A DNA stretch of 18,649 nucleotides from the NCBI GenBank assembly GCA_016930515.1, contig JAFGGO010000024.1, positions 1-18,649 on the forward strand, read 5' to 3'. Shown here piece by piece: positions 1 to 9,446 of the stretch. The translations under genes were made by a program, and so were the position numbers. Below the pieces are notes generated by a model. That model was not told where the DNA came from. It saw only the letters and a program-made list of their open reading frames with translations, and ran no database searches. The DNA comes from Promethearchaeota archaeon. Its GTDB lineage: Archaea > Asgardarchaeota > Lokiarchaeia > Sigyniarchaeales > SOKP01. The stretch's first letter is position 1; each line of letters starts with the position of its first letter.

Positions 1-85
1 AAGTCATTGCACAATCAAATGTTTCGTAGTATAAAATATTATTAAAAGAATTTATTTTTTAAATTATTTAAAATAAATCAAGTTC

Positions 86-1282
86 TCAAGTTGCGATTTT
101 TCTCATAACGCTTATTATCTTTTCTACATGATCATCATTAACGATTAAAGGGGGTAGTAATCGAATGACAGTCATGCCCGCGTTGAGAAATAAAACCCCT
201 AAGTCTACAGCTTGTTGAATTCTGTCCTTTACAGGTTTCTTAAATTCAATTCCAATCATCAATCCAGACCCACGCACTTCCCTTATATTATCGTTGTCTT
301 GAGCGATCTCTTGAAAGTTATTAATTAGCATGGCCCCCATTTTAGCTGAATTCTCTACGAGATGTTCTTCTAACATAATTTCAATGGTTGCGTTAGCCGC
401 AGCGCAAACCAGCGGATTTCCCCCAAAGGTCGTATTATGTTCGCTTACTTGAAAATTGTTCCAAAGGTCTTCGGAGGAGATAGTTGCTCCCATTGGAAGA
501 CCACCTGCTATGCCTTTTGCCATGCATACAATATCGGGTATAATACCGTAATGTTCGTAAGCAAACATCTTACCTGTCCTTCCAAACCCGGTCTGTACCT
601 CGTCGTCTATTAAAAGTAAGTTCTTTTCGTCGCATAATTCCCGTAATTCTTTAGGATAATCCTTTTCAGAAGGATACACTCCTCCCTCGCCTTGGACTAA
701 TTCCGTTAAAACGGCGACCGTGTTTTCGTTTATCAATTCTTTCACGGAATCTATATTTCCGAACGAAGCAAATTTTACATGTGGGCTCAACCACGACATG
801 AACGGTTTCCTGTATCGCATGTTGAACGTGGCGGCAAGCGCTCCCAAGGATCTTCCGTGGAAGTCTCTTTTAAAAGCAATGATTTCAGGATTTTTTTTGT
901 TCCTGCCAGAGACAAGCGCTAATTTTATCGCCGCTTCTACCGACTCCGTGCCACTATTTGATAAAAAAGATTGATCTAACGGTTTTGGAGTTATTTCTGC
1001 TAATTTTTCTAATAACTTGCTCCTTTCCTCTACGGGATACCCCGGGGGCACCATTACTAATTTTTTCAGCTGTTCCTCAATGGCTTCGATATATTTCGGG
1101 TGACTATGCCCGATGTTCATCACACCATGCCCCGCAACGCAATCTATATAACTATTTTCGTTTTGATCGTAAAGAAGGGCACCTTCCCCCCTAACTATAA
1201 CATAATCTCGTTTTGGAAAAAGTTTCGTGTGGTGATAAGCTTCTGATTGAATGATTTTTGAGAAATCTTTTTCATCACTCAT
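86..1282 (-). CDS. argD: Class-III PLP aminotransferase, acetylornithine / LysW-gamma-aminoadipate semialdehyde transaminase (ArgD/LysJ family)
   Basis: Motifs SNSGTESVEAAIK, FHGRSLG, ELVQGEGG, DDEVQTGFGRTG, AKGIAGG (PLP lysine), TTFGGNPL, IRLLPPL. The ORF track starts at 1327. ATG at 1282 (MSDEK) is preferred because a minus-strand TTTTTTAAAT TATA-like box lies at 1301-1310. ArgD versus LysJ is not resolved. Confidence 0.85.
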   Translation of the reverse strand: MSDEKDFSKIIQSEAYHHTKLFPKRDYVIVRGEGALLYDQNENSYIDCVAGHGVMNIGHSHPKYIEAIEEQLKKLVMVPPGYPVEERSKLLEKLAEITPKPLDQSFLSNSGTESVEAAIKLALVSGRNKKNPEIIAFKRDFHGRSLGALAATFNMRYRKPFMSWLSPHVKFASFGNIDSVKELINENTVAVLTELVQGEGGVYPSEKDYPKELRELCDEKNLLLIDDEVQTGFGRTGKMFAYEHYGIIPDIVCMAKGIAGGLPMGATISSEDLWNNFQVSEHNTTFGGNPLVCAAANATIEIMLEEHLVENSAKMGAMLINNFQEIAQDNDNIREVRGSGLMIGIEFKKPVKDRIQQAVDLGVLFLNAGMTVIRLLPPLIVNDDHVEKIISVMRKIAT

Positions 1283-1437
1283 ATAATGTATAATGAGCGC
1301 ATTTAAAAAAAGACCATCATTTCTCATTTATAAAAAAAAAATGTTTGAAATTGCTTCATAATAACTTTTATTATAATTTGATGCATTACACTATATAGGA
1401 AAATTGATCTATAACAATTCACTACACGAAATGATTT

Positions 1438-1833
1438 ATGCACGGATTAAAATTAGAACACGCGGCAATTGCAAGTAATACCGAAAGAGAAAGCGACTTA
1501 TTTTTTGTAGAACTTTTAGGTTGCAAGAAGGCAAGGACTTTCACGGTTTCAAAAGATTTAATGGAAAAATTTTTTCAAGTTGCGTGTGAATCTGAGGTAA
1601 TAAGATACGAAAAAGACAAAGTGAATTTCGAAGTATTCTTGACAAATGACGATGCCAAGACTCGAGACATTTTCACTCACATTTGCTTGATGATCGAAAA
1701 TAGAGACGAATTTTTTGAGAAAGCAAATCAGATGGGATTTAATACCGTGAAAGTACCACGCGAGGGAAGCGATTCGTATTACTTGTTTGTCAGGGATTTT
1801 CGTGGAAATTTATACGAAATAAAAGAAATATAA
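1438..1833 (+). CDS. VOC / glyoxalase-bleomycin resistance family protein
   Basis: 131 aa with LEHAAI...FFVELLG at the N-terminus, THICL in the middle and LFVRDFRGNLYEI at the C-terminus, the typical VOC metal-ligand pattern. Confidence 0.85.
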   Translation: MHGLKLEHAAIASNTERESDLFFVELLGCKKARTFTVSKDLMEKFFQVACESEVIRYEKDKVNFEVFLTNDDAKTRDIFTHICLMIENRDEFFEKANQMGFNTVKVPREGSDSYYLFVRDFRGNLYEIKEI

Positions 1834-1959
1834 TAATATCGAAGGTATTTTAAATATACCAAAAGTATTTTTATTGGAATTTTCATATTATTGTTGGATT
1901 AATAGGTTTAGATTATTGAATATAAGGGTGATTCTATTTCAAAATCTTTTAAAATTAAA

Positions 1960-2706
1960 GTGGTAATCGGAGGCGTTTCAAATTCCGGAAAAAGTAAGTT
2001 TTTAAATCGTACCACTTTAATAGAAGAAGAGATTGGAGTATCCTTTCAATCACTCGAATGCTTAGTAAACGATGGGGATTCATACAAATTTATTTTTTGG
2101 GATTTAAACGCTAAAAAGATTTTTCGGTTCATGTACCCCCAATTTTGTAGGGGTGCCAAAGCAGGCTTTCTTTTTTTCGATTTATCAAATCCCAATACAT
2201 TGATCGAACTTTCTTTTTGGATCGAAATTTTCAAGAAGAGCGCAAAAAACATTCCTCTAATTTTAATAGGAACTCTTCCTGAGAACGGAGAAATTCAGGT
2301 TAAGGACGAGGAAATAAGCCATTTTATCAGCCAAAATGGCTTAAACGATAGATTCTTCTTTTTACCAAACGAAGAACATCGAAGAAAAGAGAAGGAAAGG
2401 ATTTTCAAACATCTAATTCAATTATTAAATCAGGATAGCGAAATCAAGCAATTTGAAATAATTTCGCCCTTAGAGGATCCAAAATTCATCGATTTCTACC
2501 ACCTTTTTTCAAATTGTCCGACTTGTAACGCTAAAAACCACGAAAATTACTTAGCAAAATTTTTTTATAGCAAAGATGCTGAGAGCGTGAAAATAAAGGA
2601 ATTGCTTTTAGAATTAATTGAAAAAGCTCAAGACCTTCCATTTTTCGCCTACGATCATTTAAAAATTGGAATCCCTTGCTGTAGGTGCTTTAAGAAATAT
2701 TGCTAG
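1960..2706 (+). CDS. Degenerate Ras/Rab-like GTPase domain fused to a C-terminal Cys-rich (putative Zn-binding) domain
   Basis: P-loop GVSNSGKS, FIFWDL (G3 position), FCRGAKAGFLFFDLS and IPLILIG, then CPTC...CCRC. The start is uncertain because the frame is open upstream to 1912. Confidence 0.75.
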   Translation: MVIGGVSNSGKSKFLNRTTLIEEEIGVSFQSLECLVNDGDSYKFIFWDLNAKKIFRFMYPQFCRGAKAGFLFFDLSNPNTLIELSFWIEIFKKSAKNIPLILIGTLPENGEIQVKDEEISHFISQNGLNDRFFFLPNEEHRRKEKERIFKHLIQLLNQDSEIKQFEIISPLEDPKFIDFYHLFSNCPTCNAKNHENYLAKFFYSKDAESVKIKELLLELIEKAQDLPFFAYDHLKIGIPCCRCFKKYC

Positions 2707-2708
2707 AA

Positions 2709-3137
2709 TTAAAGTGCTTTTTTTAATATGCCAGAAGCCTTGATTATGTCCATGTGATCGAATGCTAAATCAAGAGTGGATATTTGGGAAATAAGATGCG
2801 TTTCAAGATCTTCTGCGTCGTCTTGTGCTTTAGGTTTTTGATTTTTTCTTTTTAAATCGCAGAGATAAGCAATAGATACAGTATGTCCCCTCGGATCCCT
2901 ATCTGGATCTGAAAAAACACCAATGAGCTTCTTTATTTTAACATCCAGGCTTGTTTCTTCTTTTGCTTCTCTCATACAAGCTGCTTCAACAGTTTCACCA
3001 ATATCTACAAATCCTCCAGGAAGTGCCAATTCACCTTTATACGGTGGGTTCTTACGACGTATGAGTACAATTTTTTTTCCATTTTCTACCAAGATTACTG
3101 CATCTACTGTTAGAAGAGGAGTTTCGGGTTTACCCAT
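2709..3137 (-). CDS. NUDIX hydrolase (ADP-ribose pyrophosphatase / MutT-like)
   Basis: Nudix box LPGGFVDIGETVEAACMREAKEETSL, plus RDPRGHTVSIAY and LAFDH. Confidence 0.93.
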   Translation of the reverse strand: MGKPETPLLTVDAVILVENGKKIVLIRRKNPPYKGELALPGGFVDIGETVEAACMREAKEETSLDVKIKKLIGVFSDPDRDPRGHTVSIAYLCDLKRKNQKPKAQDDAEDLETHLISQISTLDLAFDHMDIIKASGILKKAL

Positions 3138-3185
3138 ATCTAATCTCTTTTTCTTTATTTATCTTTTATTAAAAATATCGGAAAA

Positions 3186-3995
3186 TTAATCGTCCCACAC
3201 TTTCGAATTAATCAAATGTTCAATCCGTGTTCTTCGAGGTCTTACAAATTTCGTTCGATTATTTTTTCTTTCAAGCAAGAGCGAACGTTGTAGAGTCGTT
3301 GAATTGACCATTTGTACTTCTAAATCTCCTTCATTAAGCCAAATATGATTGAAGCTAGGCCCTTCGTCTGCTCGCACTTTATTCGATGTAGAAGTACCGC
3401 AATATAAGAAGGTAGTAGGACCGATAACATACGCGTGAGGAATGTGCTTGTGCCCCATAAGGACTAGGTCAATTCCAAAGAGTTGGGTAAATTCTATGAG
3501 TTCTCCTGCGTCAACTAATGTTGTTTGCTTACGACCACTATAAGGGACGGCAATGGCGTGGTGGTGCATTGCAATGACTCGATTTTCCAGGTTTTCGACG
3601 AATTGATTACCAAGCCAATCTAATTGTTCGTCTCCTATTTCTCCCGTGGAGACATCGTCTTTTGCGCTGCAAACGCCAACAATAATCGTGTCTCTATCCT
3701 CAAGGATCATTTTAGATCTCCGAGGAGCGATAAATTTCTCAAAAAAGATAAGACCATTATTTTTAGCACAATGATTTCCAGGTACAACCAAAAGGCGTTT
3801 TGAAGCATCCTTGAGTTTCTGCAAATAAGCAGAAAACCTTTGATATTGTCGATATCTACCTTTATGAACGATATCGCCCGTTAATACAACAACATCATGT
3901 TTGTTTTGTTTAATATAATCTATAACATTATTAAAGTAGGAATCCTCAAACTCGCTTCCGTAATGAAGATCGCTTATCTGTATGATTATAACCAT
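3186..3995 (-). CDS. Calcineurin-like metallophosphoesterase (CpdA/Icc-like)
   Basis: Motifs SDLH, TGD, PGNH, MHHH and GHKH in canonical order. Confidence 0.9.
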   Translation of the reverse strand: MVIIIQISDLHYGSEFEDSYFNNVIDYIKQNKHDVVVLTGDIVHKGRYRQYQRFSAYLQKLKDASKRLLVVPGNHCAKNNGLIFFEKFIAPRRSKMILEDRDTIIVGVCSAKDDVSTGEIGDEQLDWLGNQFVENLENRVIAMHHHAIAVPYSGRKQTTLVDAGELIEFTQLFGIDLVLMGHKHIPHAYVIGPTTFLYCGTSTSNKVRADEGPSFNHIWLNEGDLEVQMVNSTTLQRSLLLERKNNRTKFVRPRRTRIEHLINSKVWDD

Positions 3996-4100
3996 TTTAG
4001 ATCACACAATTATATTGAAAGATATTATTGAATTTCATCAAGAATAGAATGGTTAAATAATTTATTGAAGTTCTCTTTTTAAACACATATAAACAGATAG

Positions 4101-4877
4101 TCAGCGAGATTCTATTAATTCGTCTTGAATGTGGAATAATTTTCTAATCCATACCGGAAAAATGAATCCAATGTAAAAAAACAAACCAGATAATGAAACA
4201 ATAACACGTATGGGCACTAAGGCAACCTCATTTAATTGGAAGCTAGCATCAATGGCAGATGACACGCAATAACTTGTCCAACCTAACAACATGAAAATAC
4301 CTTGTATTTTATATCTTTTTCCCTCTAATTCCATCGTGTTACGTGCAAAATGAAATCCAGTTGTTAAAGTGAAAAGCAGGTTAAACGAATGGAAAAATAA
4401 AATATAACCTGTATATATAATATCAAATGGATGGTATGGTAAATCTATAAAACCAAGTAACTCGTGAACGGGAGCACCTGGAAGCCAGTATAGAGCAGAA
4501 AACAAATAAATCCAATAAATGATTGAATATATAAGAGAGAATATCAGAAATATTCTTTTTTTCTTTGGGCTTATTATTTGAGCGTAAATTTGGATCCAAG
4601 CAATCATTGCGAAGGGAGTTAAAAGATTAGCCATTATTATATAGAAATCGTAAGTTGCGATGTTTTGCGTTGCGAGCCAGTAAATATATCCAAAATAATA
4701 CGGCCACCACGGTTCACTCATGATAACAGCAGCGATTGCAAAATACAACATCATTTTAGATCGATCCTTGATAGCTTTCTTTAGGATCATACTTGTAAGC
4801 ACGAACGAAAAAGAGACACCAATTACGGCGGTTATTCCAGATAAATGACTTAATGGTGAAATATTCACAAATAACAT
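4101..4877 (-). CDS. Uncharacterised polytopic membrane protein (~7 TM)
   Basis: 258 aa with about seven hydrophobic segments separated by short basic loops. Confidence 0.75.
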   Translation of the reverse strand: MLFVNISPLSHLSGITAVIGVSFSFVLTSMILKKAIKDRSKMMLYFAIAAVIMSEPWWPYYFGYIYWLATQNIATYDFYIIMANLLTPFAMIAWIQIYAQIISPKKKRIFLIFSLIYSIIYWIYLFSALYWLPGAPVHELLGFIDLPYHPFDIIYTGYILFFHSFNLLFTLTTGFHFARNTMELEGKRYKIQGIFMLLGWTSYCVSSAIDASFQLNEVALVPIRVIVSLSGLFFYIGFIFPVWIRKLFHIQDELIESR

Positions 4878-4960
4878 TGGCTAGATAAATAACTAATTTG
4901 CATGTATTGATTTATAGATATGATTGTCAATAGTCGTTATAAATTTATGTTTGGGTATTT

Positions 4961-7912
4961 TTATTTAAAATACTCATTGATATATCTCAAGACATCATCT
5001 AGTTTCGCATCAGGGTTAGTAATAAAACCTTGTCCGTAATCTTGATTCCCTCCTCCTTTTCCCCCAAATTTTGACATCAGATTATTGATAAATGAACCCA
5101 TTTCAAATTTCAATAGATTTACAACCTCCTTACCAGACATGCCCAAAACACCCACACCTTTGTCTGAACTATAAACAAAGATAGAAATGAAATTATCACC
5201 TTTTTTCATAACTCTTTGGCTCAAGTTTTTAATGTCGTTTTGATTGATATCTTCGAAAGATCTGATAATTAGCATGCAATTCTTAAATTGTTGGGCGTTT
5301 TCAATTAATTCTAAAAGATATTCTTCCGTTAGCATGTGCTCAATTGTCTCAACTTTTTTTACTGCACGATTCCATTCTTCGTACAATTTTCTTACTTTTG
5401 ACGAAATTTTATTTTCCTTTACATTAAGGAATTGAGCAATTTCAGCTAGGATATTTTCGTTTATTAATTCTTTTGAGTTCAATTTCAAGTCGTTCTTATC
5501 TATCTTTCCCTTTTTTAAAGCCTTATTCAAGTTATTGCGTTTTTCCAATAATTCTATTATTCTTCCCACGAGTTTATTAGAGTCCACAGACAATATATTC
5601 TGTAGTTCTTCCAAGATTTTTGCTTGATCCTCTTCTACTTTAAGCGTTGCGTTGCCAGCCGTAAAAACTAATCGCACGACTCCGTCTTGAATCTTTTGAG
5701 ACTTGAGTATCTTGATGTGTCCCGCTTCATGAGTATTATTCAAGTGAGTACCACCACACGCTTCGACATCCACCCCAGGAACTTCGACCACTCTTATATT
5801 CTTACCCGGTACGGCTCCACCTTGATACAATCCCATGCCGTATTTTTGTTCGGCTTGAGTGCGCGGCATAAAAGAAAGCTTAAGATTAATTTTTGCATTT
5901 ACTATCTCGTTTGCTTTTTCTTCTATTAGTTCTAATTTATCTTTTGATATCTGTTCGTAATGCGTGATATCTAAATGAGCGTTTTTTACGGTTTTTTTAG
6001 CACCTGCCTGGTTAACATGGTTACCCAATACTTGCTTTGCCGCAGCGTTTACGATGTGAGTAGCCGTGTGATGTTGCGAAAGTTGGAATCTCCAATCTTT
6101 ATCGACATTAACTTTCACGACGTCTCCTTCCTTAAATTTTGGAGTATCTTGAAGAACATGTATGATGTGATTCCCTTGTTTGATTACATCAACAAATTCT
6201 TGTCCGTTAAGGGTTCCAATATCGTGAAGCTGCCCTCCTGAAGTGCCATAGGCAACGGATTTATCCAAAACAATCATTTTATTTACGATTTTCAGAACCT
6301 TCGCTTGATTTGATATTTTAGTATAATCGTCGTAAAACAACGATTTTGTTTCAGGAATTCCTTCTAAATTTAAGCCCGTATCTTTTCTAGTGGCATGAGC
6401 CTGTTCGACCTTTTCGTGTCGTTCTACGACGAGAGAATAAAAATTATCGGGAATTATGACTTTTTTATTGTATTTTTTTGCAATAGATTTAACCATTTCG
6501 GGATTAATACCATTAGAATCATAGATTTCAACTAGTGTCTCCAATGAAATATCTCCCTTTTGAACGATCTTCTCGAGAATTTTACTTGCTTTCTCTTTCG
6601 TTATATAAAACTTCTCCTTTTCAACATCTAAAATTTCTCTTATTTCTTCCAAGTGCTCCGAGACTTCGGGGAAAATTTCTCTTAATTCTTCTGCGTGCCA
6701 TTCACACACATCAGCCATATCAATTTCCCATTCAAATTGGTCTATAAAACTTAACGCTCTTCGAAAAATGACTCTAAGGTTATAACCACCACCAACATTC
6801 GAAGGAAGTTTACCATCGTTGATTGCAAATAAAAGACTTCTGGCATGTTCAGCAATCGAATAAAGACCTGTCATTGGAAGTATTTTTTCTTTTAAATCTT
6901 CAGCCTTTATGCTCAATTCGTTAGCCACGCGCTTCCAGGCAGCATCCATATCCTCAACTTCGTCGACATTTAAATAAGCTGCGTATCGAGAAAATTTTTC
7001 GTATAAATTTAGATCTAACTCGATGCTTGTTTTTTCCCTGAGCTTTTTTAATACTTGAGGAAAGACGGCCTCATACATGTTAGGCGTTCCTTGAGAAAAC
7101 CACGCAACTCGTTCTTGACCGAGTCCCATATCGAGTACTTTTAGCTTCAATTCCCTTGGACCATCTGGAGTTTGCTCGAACATCATATATACTTGATTAA
7201 ATAATTCCACGCCCCGACTGAAAAACTCTAAACTGCACCCGAATGTTCCACCTCCCGCCCACGAGTCCTCGTGTATGGTAATCTCTTCCTTGGAAAGCCC
7301 AACTCCTTTTTCAGTTATGAAATCGTGCATGTCCATAAAGAGTTGTCCCTGATTCCATTCATCTGGAGAGACGAACGCATGTTGACCTATCATCACAAAT
7401 CCACACGCATGTGAGCCTGTCAAGCCCACATTAGGAATATCATTAAAACGCAAACAGAATTGGGGTATTAAAAGCTTTTTAGCTGGAGGGTCGACTTCCC
7501 CCGAGACAACATACGGTTGGAACGCAGATATAGAAGCTATGGTGAATTCGGAAGTGGAATTCCACCGCGCAACGCAGGGATATCTTTTCACGGGTAAATA
7601 ACCTCTGGGTTCAAGAACTTCAACGATTTTCTTCCATACATTTATATAACTTAGTTTAACTGGAGAAGGATTGTTAATGACGACTTGAAACCCGCCAGAA
7701 CACACTGGATCTCCACAAACTTCTCTATCTTCGTGAGTTGTCCAAAAGTTTGTACCACAATTGCAAGTCTTTCTCATGTATCCCAATTCCTTAAGTTCTT
7801 TAGTTGGGAAATACAATTCTGGTTCTTTTGAAGCAATAATTTGAAAAATCTTTTTTGTTTCTTTATCGCTTGAACTTTTAGAAAGCAATTCTACCTGATC
7901 TTCAGTTAGCAT
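4961..7912 (-). CDS. alaS: Alanine--tRNA ligase, archaeal type
   Basis: N-terminal CxC..FWT..CGD..C, FTIASISAFQP, QFCLRFND, WAGGG, DMGLGQER, PSNVGGGYNLR, editing domain HHTATH and CGGTH, C-Ala GGKGGG. Confidence 0.97.
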   Translation of the reverse strand: MLTEDQVELLSKSSSDKETKKIFQIIASKEPELYFPTKELKELGYMRKTCNCGTNFWTTHEDREVCGDPVCSGGFQVVINNPSPVKLSYINVWKKIVEVLEPRGYLPVKRYPCVARWNSTSEFTIASISAFQPYVVSGEVDPPAKKLLIPQFCLRFNDIPNVGLTGSHACGFVMIGQHAFVSPDEWNQGQLFMDMHDFITEKGVGLSKEEITIHEDSWAGGGTFGCSLEFFSRGVELFNQVYMMFEQTPDGPRELKLKVLDMGLGQERVAWFSQGTPNMYEAVFPQVLKKLREKTSIELDLNLYEKFSRYAAYLNVDEVEDMDAAWKRVANELSIKAEDLKEKILPMTGLYSIAEHARSLLFAINDGKLPSNVGGGYNLRVIFRRALSFIDQFEWEIDMADVCEWHAEELREIFPEVSEHLEEIREILDVEKEKFYITKEKASKILEKIVQKGDISLETLVEIYDSNGINPEMVKSIAKKYNKKVIIPDNFYSLVVERHEKVEQAHATRKDTGLNLEGIPETKSLFYDDYTKISNQAKVLKIVNKMIVLDKSVAYGTSGGQLHDIGTLNGQEFVDVIKQGNHIIHVLQDTPKFKEGDVVKVNVDKDWRFQLSQHHTATHIVNAAAKQVLGNHVNQAGAKKTVKNAHLDITHYEQISKDKLELIEEKANEIVNAKINLKLSFMPRTQAEQKYGMGLYQGGAVPGKNIRVVEVPGVDVEACGGTHLNNTHEAGHIKILKSQKIQDGVVRLVFTAGNATLKVEEDQAKILEELQNILSVDSNKLVGRIIELLEKRNNLNKALKKGKIDKNDLKLNSKELINENILAEIAQFLNVKENKISSKVRKLYEEWNRAVKKVETIEHMLTEEYLLELIENAQQFKNCMLIIRSFEDINQNDIKNLSQRVMKKGDNFISIFVYSSDKGVGVLGMSGKEVVNLLKFEMGSFINNLMSKFGGKGGGNQDYGQGFITNPDAKLDDVLRYINEYFK

Positions 7913-8107
7913 TATAAGATGAATAATACACCAAAATTAATTAAGATCAATATTTCTTGATAAAATTCGAAATAGAAAGCAATTCAAAAATGCTTTTCTT
8001 TCTTAAAACAAGGTAAATTTCTCTAATATATCGTATGAATATAAAATATTTTATAGCGTGTGAGTTTATACTTTCATATTAATTTTAATTACTACTCAAG
8101 CTTCACA

Positions 8108-8683
8108 ATGGACGAGCGAGAATTTTATTTTAAAATCGTAGTTATTGGAGATAGCGCCGTGGGAAAAACTTCACTCATTTTTCGATATACGACGGGGACA
8201 TTTAACCAAGAATATATCATGACATTAGGTACTCAAATAAGCAAGTTTCAAGCTACAATTGATGGTATATCAACTAAATTAGTTTTTTGGGACTTGGCAG
8301 GACAAGCAACATTCGAACATTTGCGTAAGAACTTCTATAACGGGACGAGCGCAGCAATTATCGTGTTCTCCCACGAAGAAAACGAGTTAGGAGAAAAAAG
8401 CTTTAATAATTGCGTTAAATGGTATAATGATGTAATCAAATATTGTGGAAATATACCCGTCATTCTCTTTGGCAATAAGATCGACCTAATCGATTATGAA
8501 ATGCTTTCTAAAGACTTAAAAAACCCTAAATCAGATCAAAATATGATGAAATTGGCGAAAGATCTAAAAATGAGCGGATATTACAAAACAAGCGCTCTCA
8601 CGGGTCAAGGGGTGGCCAAAGCATTTGTAGCAATAATATCTGAACTCGTAAATGAGCGTGAAAAGCATGTTCCTATGCTTTAA
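8108..8683 (+). CDS. Rab-like small GTPase (Ras superfamily), paralog 1
   Basis: G1 GDSAVGKT, G2 T (YIMTLG), G3 WDLAGQ, G4 NKID, G5 TSAL. ATG at 8108 (MDEREF) is preferred over the GTG at 8060 because it aligns with the paralog. Confidence 0.92.
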   Translation: MDEREFYFKIVVIGDSAVGKTSLIFRYTTGTFNQEYIMTLGTQISKFQATIDGISTKLVFWDLAGQATFEHLRKNFYNGTSAAIIVFSHEENELGEKSFNNCVKWYNDVIKYCGNIPVILFGNKIDLIDYEMLSKDLKNPKSDQNMMKLAKDLKMSGYYKTSALTGQGVAKAFVAIISELVNEREKHVPML

Positions 8684-8864
8684 TAATTGTTTTTCCTCTT
8701 ATTTTTCTGATCATCTTTTGACATTGACCATTAATTTACCTATCTATATTTTTAATTAAAAGGTAATTATCGTTTTTTTTTATTTCAAGATCAAGATAAA
8801 CAATTGTTTTAAGGTCCATTTCATTCAATTATTCAACAAGAGAAAAATTTTTTAATTTAAAAAC

Positions 8865-9446
8865 ATGACAAACTCAAGCTATTCTTTTAAAGTTATAGTC
8901 ATAGGGGATGGTGCCGTGGGAAAAACATCCTTGATCAAGCGTTTTGTACATGACACATTTAATAAGGAATACATCAACACATTAGGCAGCGAAATTACTA
9001 AATACTCGGAAATTGTGGAGGACGTGAATGTTAACCTCATCTTTTGGGATCTTGCGGGACAATCGGGTTTCTCGCGCATTCGAGAAAATTTTTTTAAGGG
9101 GAGTAATGCCGCAATCGTAGTTTTTTCTCACGAAGAGACTGATTTAGGAGAGCAAAGCTTTAGAAACATGTTAAAATGGCTTCAAGACGTGTACGAACAT
9201 TGTGGGCGTATTCCATTAATATTATTTGGAAATAAAGTCGATCTCGTTGACGAGAACGAGTTAACCGATAATAAAGATCTTCCACAATCGGATCGAAACT
9301 TGAACAAACTCGCAAAGGACATGGGATTTTTAGCTTATTTTAAAACGAGTGCGTTAACGGGAAGCGGCGTTCAACATGCTTTTAAAACTTTAATAAAAGA
9401 ATTATATTTTAATCAAAGGCGATTGGAGGAGCACAAAGTAACTTAA
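8865..9446 (+). CDS. Rab-like small GTPase (Ras superfamily), paralog 2
   Basis: G1 GDGAVGKT, YINTLG, G3 WDLAGQ, G4 NKVD, G5 TSAL. Colinear with 8108..8683. Confidence 0.93.
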   Translation: MTNSSYSFKVIVIGDGAVGKTSLIKRFVHDTFNKEYINTLGSEITKYSEIVEDVNVNLIFWDLAGQSGFSRIRENFFKGSNAAIVVFSHEETDLGEQSFRNMLKWLQDVYEHCGRIPLILFGNKVDLVDENELTDNKDLPQSDRNLNKLAKDMGFLAYFKTSALTGSGVQHAFKTLIKELYFNQRRLEEHKVT

